64,000 bases of DNA from contig CM097888.1 of the NCBI GenBank assembly GCA_044892525.1, positions 81,840,001 through 81,904,000 of the forward strand, in the 5' to 3' direction. This DNA comes from Schmidtea polychroa. Lineage: Eukaryota. How positions within the stretch are numbered: the stretch's first letter is position 1; each line of letters begins with the position of its first letter. The position numbers and the translations under genes are program-made. The notes below the pieces were generated by a model that did not search any database, had not been told where the DNA came from, and saw nothing but the letters and a program-made list of their open reading frames with translations. Below are positions 55,464 to 64,000 of the stretch, in pieces.

Positions 55464-55793
55464 TTAGAACTGAATCATAGCTTTCAAATCTCCAACCGAA
55501 ACTTTATTTTCCAAATCCCAAATCTTGATAGACGATCCAGTTGCAGCACATAGCCAATATAGGTATGGTGAGAAGATAAGTTCATTGATAATATCACATC
55601 TTTCTAAAGTGTATAAATGTCTTTCTTCAGATAAAATCCATAACATTAAAGTTCCGTCCCATGATCCAGACAATGCAAATTGACCATCATCTGATACAGA
55701 AATAAGACTGTTTGGATAGATTGGGTTAGTTGCAATCTGTATAATAGGTCCATCATGATCAGTAAGTGATCTGTTCAAATACAAATTTTCCAT
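55464..55793 (-). pseudogene. RACK1: Internally collapsed, intronless RACK1 pseudogene
   Basis: Three RACK1 segments joined: [34 protein letters not shown], and HLYTL...[25 protein letters not shown]; most intervening WD40 blades are missing. Confidence 0.85.
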
Positions 55794-56209
55794 TAATTTC
55801 CTTTTGACTTTCCTTCAATAATTCAAAAATTTAAACCATTCGCTCCAAAAAACTCTTTTAAACAACCAAGAACTAATTCTAATTAAAGAAAACAATAAAA
55901 TACGTTAAAATAAAAATTCCTTATTCCTCGCGTCTGTGTGCGCACACCAAAACGAACACAGGTCTTACAATAACGCGCACACAGACGCGATAAAAAACGA
56001 CAAAATGGACTGAAACAACAGGTAACCCTCGATTAACGCGGTACTTATACAGTTTTGTTTCGACATAACGCAGTCAACATATTGTAGCAAAACTTATACA
56101 GCGCGATGGAGGTTTTGATATAGCGCAGTCTATTTTTGATTTTGAGAAAAAAATATGCATGCTAAAATTTAGTTTGTACCCAATGCAATTGTAAAATATG
56201 GATATATTT

Positions 56210-56666
56210 CAGGGGTGGCCAAGCTCCTCGATAGCTCGAGCCATTTTTCGAAATTCAAAATCTTTCGCGAGACGCAAAACATACGTATTTAAAAGATAAG
56301 CAAAAAAATAATAAAAGATTTTTTCATAAGAAATACATTTTTAGAAAACATAAATAATAGTACAAAACATGTGTATTGAATTAAAATTTTTGAAAATTAA
56401 ACTCATTCATTTTATTTCTTTTGATAATTGTTTAAAATTTCATTTCTTTTTTAGCTTGGACGAAAATAAAATTTGTTACAACGTTGCATTTATTCTTTAT
56501 ATTTGTGATGAGTAATTTAAAAGACATTTTGAGACACATACTCAACGACAATAATTCTTAAATATAATGGAAAAATAAAAAGTGAATCAAGTACATTTAT
56601 CAGGAGCCGCAAGTAAATCTACAAAGAGCCGCATGCGGCTCGCGAGCCACAGTTTGGCCTACCCTG
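56210..56666. mobile_element. hAT-type MITE (457 bp)
   Basis: TIRs CAGGGGTGGCCAA / TTGGCCTACCCTG; GAGCCGCATGCGGCTC subterminal motif; perfect TSD ATATATTT. Confidence 0.88.
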
Positions 56667-57915
56667 ATATATTTTATAACAATTCAAAATAGTTAATCTT
56701 AGTAACAATTATGGATCTATGGCAATTTGAAAATATTTTCATTTGACAATCAACTATCAATACTGGCAACTTAACCCTTTGCGGTCCGTAAAAAAACGTT
56801 ACCCACCAGGTCCACAATTGTTTTAATGATTTTTTGTATATATGATTTTCTTGAACTAAATTGGGTGTTTTTAATAAAGAGTATTTTTTGGAATTAAAAT
56901 TTTATTTTATGATAATCAAACAATCACACTATTTACCGCGTTATCTGAATTTATTATTATTTTTTTTAATTATAATAGAATTTTCACAATATTATAAAGA
57001 GATAATTTATGATTTATTTATAAAAATTTAATGAAGTCGTACTTCCTTCAGATATGGCTTCAAGTCTGCGTCGGAGTAATTCATCTCTCTGTTTTTTCAG
57101 CTCAATTTGTTCCAGTAACATTCTGACGTAATAGTAACTGTGACGATACCCTCCACCGACACGAATATATTTATGCTAAAAATTATGATCAAATTTTATT
57201 ATTATTTTCATTATAATAGAAAAACAGTAGAACTAGTATTTGCAAGTACACTGGCGCATGCATTGACAATTATTGTCATACATCTTCTAATCGAAATAAT
57301 GTTATTTAATCTAAACCTCTGTTTCTCAACAATTTTACCCGTGGCTTTCATTTTTTATTAATATTTAAAATTTCATTCCATTACAATATCATTAGAGGTG
57401 TAATCAGAGAGACCTGAGTACATGATCTATGTAACTATAATACATACTTAATAAAATGTCACGGAATTCAGAATTGCAGTACTTAATTATTATCAAACCT
57501 ATATTTTTCTATTTTCATTAACTTCTTCCTGATTTATATAAAATAATATTATTATTCAAATATTATATCAATATCGATCAAATTTTTTATATATTTATGT
57601 TTCTTTACATATATTATATATTTCGTAATTTGTAATTTGGGAAACAGTAATGTTATTGAGCATAATAAGACATGGAAGTTGAAAATAGATCATAACTTTA
57701 AAGTTTTATCTAAGGATTTCAAAACAGTTATTGCTTATGTACTGTTGGTATTACTAACGTATTATTAAAATCATTTAACCTAAAAATAAACATACATAAT
57801 GCATTAACCACATTCATTTTATTAAGATTAATAAATTTTATTAGATCTCGCATAAATGGTTATGTAATTATTAATAAACCTATAGATATAATTTTTTTAT
57901 TGAAACTGTTTAATG

Positions 57916-58131
57916 CAGGAGTTCCCAAAGAGCTGCCCTCGAACTGTTGAAATGCCGCTCATGAATCGCCAATGTAAGATTGGAGATCTTAATTTTAAAA
58001 GATATTTTGCCTTTTTATTAAAAAAAAGTTCAGTTCAAGTGACTTCAGGCCAAATACGAATTGTATTTTGGTCGGTCAGATATTTTGGAATTTAGAATTT
58101 GGCCCACTAAGTAAAACTTTTGGTACATCTG
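57916..58131. mobile_element. hAT-type MITE (216 bp)
   Basis: Ends CAGGAGTTCCCAAA / TTTTGGTACATCTG; perfect TSD GTTTAATG. Confidence 0.75.
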
Positions 58132-59415
58132 GTTTAATGATTGACAGAGTTGTCGAAATATATTGCAAAAATTCATTTTAAAACACGGTGTTCTTACGTT
58201 TTATGAAAAAATTATCGTTGCTATTTAATGGTTTATTGAAATAATAATACTTTTCTAATATAAAATAAAACAAATAATTAAATATTATCTCTCAAAATGT
58301 TTTGGGTGAAGGGTTGAGTCTAATAGAATTATATTTGCCAAGAAAAGATGAAGACAGAAAGGTTTTTTCTAAATTTTAAATAAATATTTTAATTTTACAC
58401 TATACAAGTTTTTTCGGGTTAAATCTTTATATTGCAATTGTTGGAAATGTTGAGTTTAATTTCAAATTTAATGTAAATATATGTAGGGTTGTCAGATTTC
58501 TTGCGAGTCAAACCGGGACATCCCTCCAAAAATAATTCAACAATATTAGACCACTTAATTTCTATTAAATAATAAAATAAAATTTATAAATTTTGATATT
58601 TATTATTTATTATTAGGAACAAAAGGAATCATAAACATTTAAATTTTTAAAACAAATGGCAATATAATATATACATAGGAATAAAAACAGTTATAAACAT
58701 CTTAATTAAAAAAAACATTATAAAGCGTGCATAAAACACATTAATAAGAATAATAAAATTTTCCACACAGTTCTCCAAAATTAGTGAGAGAGAGAGAGAG
58801 CACATCGATGAGTAAATCGTTGGATATCTCTGCAGACTACAGTAATTTACAAGACATATAGATTTTATTTATAAATTATAGTTCATGCTTAAATTCTAGT
58901 TAACCGTTGGTAGGTATCTAAAGATTTTTAACCTGAGACTTTGGGACTTTGGATATGATTAAAACTACTATAAGGAATTTCATCGTAATCAATTTTTGGC
59001 AATATTTTAAGTAGATGGTATAAAAAAATTTGCATTTTTTTTGAACTTACTGATTCACAATTTTTGTGAGGAATCTTAAGCATGCATTTTAAACATTCTT
59101 CATCCTTTTTCTGTTGATAAACAATTAAAATCACCAAATAAATATTTAACTGCATACTCGTCGTACAAATCCATCGGGATCTCGTCCTCCTCCAGCAGTT
59201 GATATATGATCCATCATTCTAGATTGAATACTCTAATTTAAAATTATCATTACAGAACTTTTCTACAAAATCTTACAGATCGAGAACTTGGGCGAATAAA
59301 AGGTTTTCTAATATTGTTATAAATAAATCGACTTTCTTTTCTTGGTTTTCTGTAAGTCATATTATTATCTAAAAATACATTTTTAATAGTGATTATCATT
59401 TAAAATATCAACGAA

Positions 59416-59493
<78 letters not shown>
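59416..59493 (+). repeat. (AAT)26 microsatellite
   Basis: Direct reading. Confidence 0.97.
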
Positions 59494-59496
<3 letters not shown>

Positions 59497-59592
59497 GATT
59501 GAAAAGGACTATCTTATAGTAGAAACTTTTTTCATTAAATACATTATTCGCAGTAAGAGGCTTATATTATCACTTTATTGTTTCTATAAGAT

Positions 59593-59896
59593 AACGCCAA
59601 TCAAACATTCTTTTAACGATTAATTTCGACAGTTTTCATCAGGTGGATATAAAAACTCATTAAATTAAGGATTTTAAACAAATTTATTAATTATATATAA
59701 AAAAATTTTTATTTAAAAAAAATATATTATTTTTTTTAAAATGTTAACATTTAAAATTTAATTTAATAATTTTAAAAAATTTTTATTAATTATTTAATTT
59801 AATACAACAATCAATACATACAATATAAAAAACCTATTTAAAAACTTATTTAAAAACATTCAAAACACAAGTATGTACTGCATTCTGCACATTAAT
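59593..59896 (-). repeat. Second locus of the Penelope-type terminal-repeat family with a damaged hammerhead motif
   Basis: Similar to 12128-12485 throughout; the hammerhead has lost 7 nt of stem II. Confidence 0.7.
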
Positions 59897-62800
59897 TTTC
59901 GGATTCAATGATTTTTTCAACAACGCCTCACAAATCACACGTTCCCTATAATTAACGAAATTTTTTAATAAAATTTTAAAATCAGAAATACCTATTTTAA
60001 TCTTTCAGCCCTTATTGTGCTCACCAATATGGGTCAAAGCCTTCGGTCTACAGTGTTCTCGAGCTCGAATACAAAGATGACGGGAAGTCTCTCCAATGTA
60101 TGTATTGTTTTATATTGTTTTATATGTATTGTTTTTAATAATAAATACTGCTACCAAGAAATCATCACTTTATAATAATAATAATAACAATAATAATAAT
60201 CAAAGTAATTAGAATAAAATTAATAATAGTAATAATTTATTATAGAAAATTGTCACCAGAATAATTTTAGAAAAACAGAATAAATATTTATACAAGTTGT
60301 TGATTAATAAAAATTTTCGACACAATAGGTTCACTCAAATTTAAAATTTAGGTAATGTTGTTAAATTAAATTTTAACTATAGGTAATTTTTAACAATCAA
60401 ATGCCACATTAATAATTTTAAAAATATATAAAAACTAATTAAGTTAAATTTGCAAATATTTTTTTTATTTTTGAAATATTTTGTTTAAATTATTATTGGC
60501 AATTATAAAATTATACGAAAACCAATAAAAATGAAATAATATAAAGATTCTATTTACATTTTGAATAAAAACAATTATAAATTAGTCTGATAATAGTTTG
60601 TAATAAAAAATTTTTTCATGACTCAAAGACAGTATAACTTAAATTTTAAATAAAATTGTTTATCATAATTAATTTGTAAAATTATCAAAGTAAACATAAA
60701 TTATTTTAAAAATTATTTCATAAAATTACTTACAAGTAACATTTATTGCCAAATAGTTATGAGTACATAGTTTTATATTTGTGAATAATTTAATTTGAAA
60801 TAGTTAAATTTATGAATAAATTACCATGATTTCTTGAGGAAAGTTGGGTAGGACTTTCATTATCGCTATATGCGTTCGACAACTGAGAAGAGCGGTCACT
60901 GTCATAAATAGAATTATTCATTTGTAATTAAATTCATAAAATTTCACAAGTTGATTAAACTAATTTTACAATAAAAGCTGGCAAAATTTATAATTGTTGA
61001 TGGTTATAACATATTGTTCTAAGCAATATATTGCGTTGCACCTGTCAGCCAATAATAATTAAATTTTTCTGTGTCTGAAAAACAATATAATTCAATCATT
61101 TGTAAAATTTATTATGAAAGTAAAATCTTTACCAAAAAATCATAGCAACTGGTTGATAGAATGAAATTGGTTGTTCAATTAAATTCAGTATTATATTAAA
61201 TTTTATATATTTATAAATATGATAAATTAATGACTATTAAAAAGTAGCAACACCTTTAAATTATTTAATGTAAATTTGTAATTTATATTTATAAAAATAT
61301 TAATGTATAAAATTGTTTAAATACACTATGTTATTAAAAGTCATTAGGCGATCGTTGAAACGATTCAAAAATAAATTTTATATAAATAGTTGTATTTACC
61401 TAATACAGACAAACTTTTAGAAAATTAGTATCGTCCATATGTTACAGTTATGGTATATTTAAAATTATATTTAAAATCAAAAACAAAAATCACATTAAAT
61501 GAAAGGTATGATACCTTTGAATGGAATAACTAAATCAAGTAATATTTAGGTTTTCAAGATTAGCCAAAGCAAAAGATGATAGCAAAGTAAGAAAACTTTT
61601 CTATATTTTAAACGTTATTAACGAATAATGAAATTATTTATAATTATAATTACTAGAATTTTCAACAAAATCCTTATAATACAAATAAAAATAGCACGGT
61701 GAATCGAAACAGAAAATGTAATATAAATTATTTTATAGATATTTGATTGTTGTAAAGTTGAAAGTTTTAATCGACAAAAGTCGCAAGACTTAATTCGAAA
61801 AAGTCGAACATTTTATAATAAAAAAAATCAACAAAAATTTCAAAACCAATACCAAAATGAAGAACAGGAATTCCCCGAAGATAATTCAGTTGATCAACAG
61901 TACAATGAAAATAATTATAATAAACCCAACTATTCCAATTCATGTTGGTCATTGGTTTGATTTTTAAAGATGATTGATTTGAGATTTCAAGATAATCGAC
62001 AAAATAACCAAAATTTCCAAACCAAGAGACAAATACAGCCATATAATCATCGAACTAATACTGGATTTATTCCAAATTATAATAAAAGACCGTTTCTACG
62101 GTGAGTGATTGATTTAGGAGATTTAGAACATTATTGAAAATATTTTCGAGGGATTTGGTAGGTTAATCTATTTATTGGCAATGCGTACAGTAGGCTGTCG
62201 ACAGAGGATATCTGCATTAAATGGACCCCCTTTGTATCCTATCTAGTTATTGTAAGCTCTCAATTATATGAATTGATTTTATTTCCCGTATAAGCTTCCG
62301 TTCCATATTTAGTGATGAAGTTTCTAACCGACTAATCATTTGGTTTTATGTTCTCCTTTTATTTATAGTCGTGTTGTAAAGTGATGAACTTGATCATTGC
62401 TCAAGCGCCACGCTGAATTGAGATTCTATTCTATGAGACTTCGTTTATATAGCGGCGTCCATTTGCGGGGAATTATAAGGATGTCTTTCTATCTCTCTCC
62501 TTCTTCATCTCATAAATTATCAAGATCATAGAGATCATGATAACGATTATCTCAGAATTTAAAATTTATTAATTGTTGCTTTGTTTTTGTGTGTGTGTGT
62601 TCAGGCCTTATTGCTGTCTCAATGCCAGTCAGCCAGTCACCGAGGGCATGTTTGTACAGGCTACTAACCCAGGAGGTTTCAAAGGAAAAGTCTCCGTTAA
62701 AACTTGTGGCGGGACAATCGGGGTGCGTGCTGTAATTACAGATAAAATAAAAATAATAATGAACAATAATATTTAGTGAAATAGAACTTTTATTCAAATA

Positions 62801-63705
62801 CAAATTTTAAAACCTTGAGTTCGGAGGTAGACAGTAATCTTGTTAGCTTTTACGGCCTTTGAGTTTTCTTTTTTAATATTAAGCAGCCTTCAGTTTATTT
62901 ATGATCGGTTTATTTATTTTCCGTCTCTAGAGTTATCTTTTGATATTCTACAGTCTTCAGATTCTTCGTGTTACCTTCGAATTTTTTTTTAAAATTAAGC
63001 GGCCTTCAGTTTATTTATTTTCCGGCTCTAGAACTATCTTTTGATATTCTACTGTCTTCAATTTCTTTATGTCCTTTCTTTTAATAAAATTTCAAACAAT
63101 GATTTCTTTTCTTTAATCTTCCTTTTAGAATTATTTTGATATGTTATTAGTCCGTAGTTTTTTATTGATTTTTTTTAATTTTTCCAATTTACTATAGCGA
63201 TAATTCACTATAGTAAATTATCGGTATATAGTTTTTTTTTTGAAAATCTGGATTTCCCAGATGGTGACAATTTATATTTAGTATTCACAATTCCTAATTG
63301 TGAACACTAAAATACAAGTAAAAATAACTATACATTAACTGAAATACTAGTAAAAATAACTATACATTACAATAATAATAATAATAAATAATATATATAA
63401 AGTAATAATTATGAAGTACTGAGATACATAATTATATTCCATAATATTCCTATGTCCTCTTCCTAAATAACATAATTCCCAGTGAAATCAGAACCGTTAT
63501 CTTGAAAGATTTTGCCGCTTAGACTTGCCTCAAAAGTGACGATTCAAATAAAGTTGCAAAAAGCGAATCCAGCCGTTGCCAAGGATACTAGAGAAAATGT
63601 GTATGAGATTACGTATTCCTGATCTGTATTTGTTATTATTATATTGCTTGGGTTGCGTAGATTGGCCAAAATATTCTGTGCAAATCAATTAAAAATTATA
63701 AAAAA

Positions 63706-64000
63706 TGCTGGGGTAGTGCTTGGTTGACTCTGCTCGATCTACGTCCTTGTCTAGGGGATGCGTGTCCATATCAGTACGCTACATACGCCCGTGTCAACCC
63801 GGAGCAGGACCCCGCACAACCTGCCCTCCAACATAGCACCCGCGAATTGCTTCACGTTGGAAATGTGCTATGCCGGCGAGACTCCAGTAAGCAGGTGAGC
63901 CCCTACCTTAGGACTACTCCTTACTGAGGCCTCGACTTCCCTTTCTGACGGCCGATGGAAGGACTTACGTCTGTTTACCTCATCAGATTCTCTCTCTACC
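63706..64000 (-). mobile_element. 3' (U5) end of an LTR from a related Gypsy family, continuing beyond the window
   Basis: Reverse complement aligns to 23785-23965 at roughly 80% (hand alignment) and terminates CCCCAGCA versus CCCCAACA; no PBS follows, so it is a 3' or solo LTR. Confidence 0.85.

Noticed and set aside
56019-58520. Single TIR-like ends (Tigger-like at 56019, TTAACCCTTTGCGGTCC at ~56770, TAGGGTTGTCAGA at ~58484)
   Set aside because: Partner ends and TSDs not found.
63975-63990. CTGATGAG on the minus strand suggesting a hammerhead in the U5 structure
   Set aside because: No stem II closing onto GAAA, and the homologous LTR position reads CCGATAAG.

Overview
AT-rich eukaryotic genomic DNA. 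The 42-54-nt mini-introns, (AAT)n microsatellite and giant Gypsy element suggest a planarian or other flatworm (inference). A multi-exon host gene runs on the minus strand (at least 13 exons, 54231->105). One apparently ~43.8-kb intron holds a decayed hAT DNA transposon (19221-52442, 8-bp TSD). Inserted into that hAT is a 30,153-bp Ty3/Gypsy LTR retroelement (19896-50048; 4,158-bp LTRs, 4-bp TSD ATAA, tRNA-Pro PBS). The element looks like a complex enveloped endogenous virus. A single ~4,600-aa polyprotein, broken only by one extra A in an A7 run, reads Gag - 3 ubiquitin-like domains - Bcl-2-like domain - signal peptide + chuvirus/herpes-gB-like class III fusion glycoprotein - PR - RT - RNase H - IN - duplicated ankyrin module - signal peptide + FN3-like ectodomain + TM. 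Separate ORFs encode an IAP-type RING protein, a full-length TRAF, three coiled-coil proteins, a small type I membrane protein and an LTR-encoded putative transactivator. Almost every ORF is directly preceded by a 3' splice acceptor, suggesting one leader spliced to many acceptors. The LTR's U5 end folds into a structured RNA supported by compensatory base changes against a second, related LTR at the window end (63706-64000, minus strand). The rest is intronic TE debris: a Penelope remnant, Penelope-type hammerhead motifs, several hAT MITEs and a collapsed RACK1 pseudogene. All alignments and folds were done by eye; no databases were searched.
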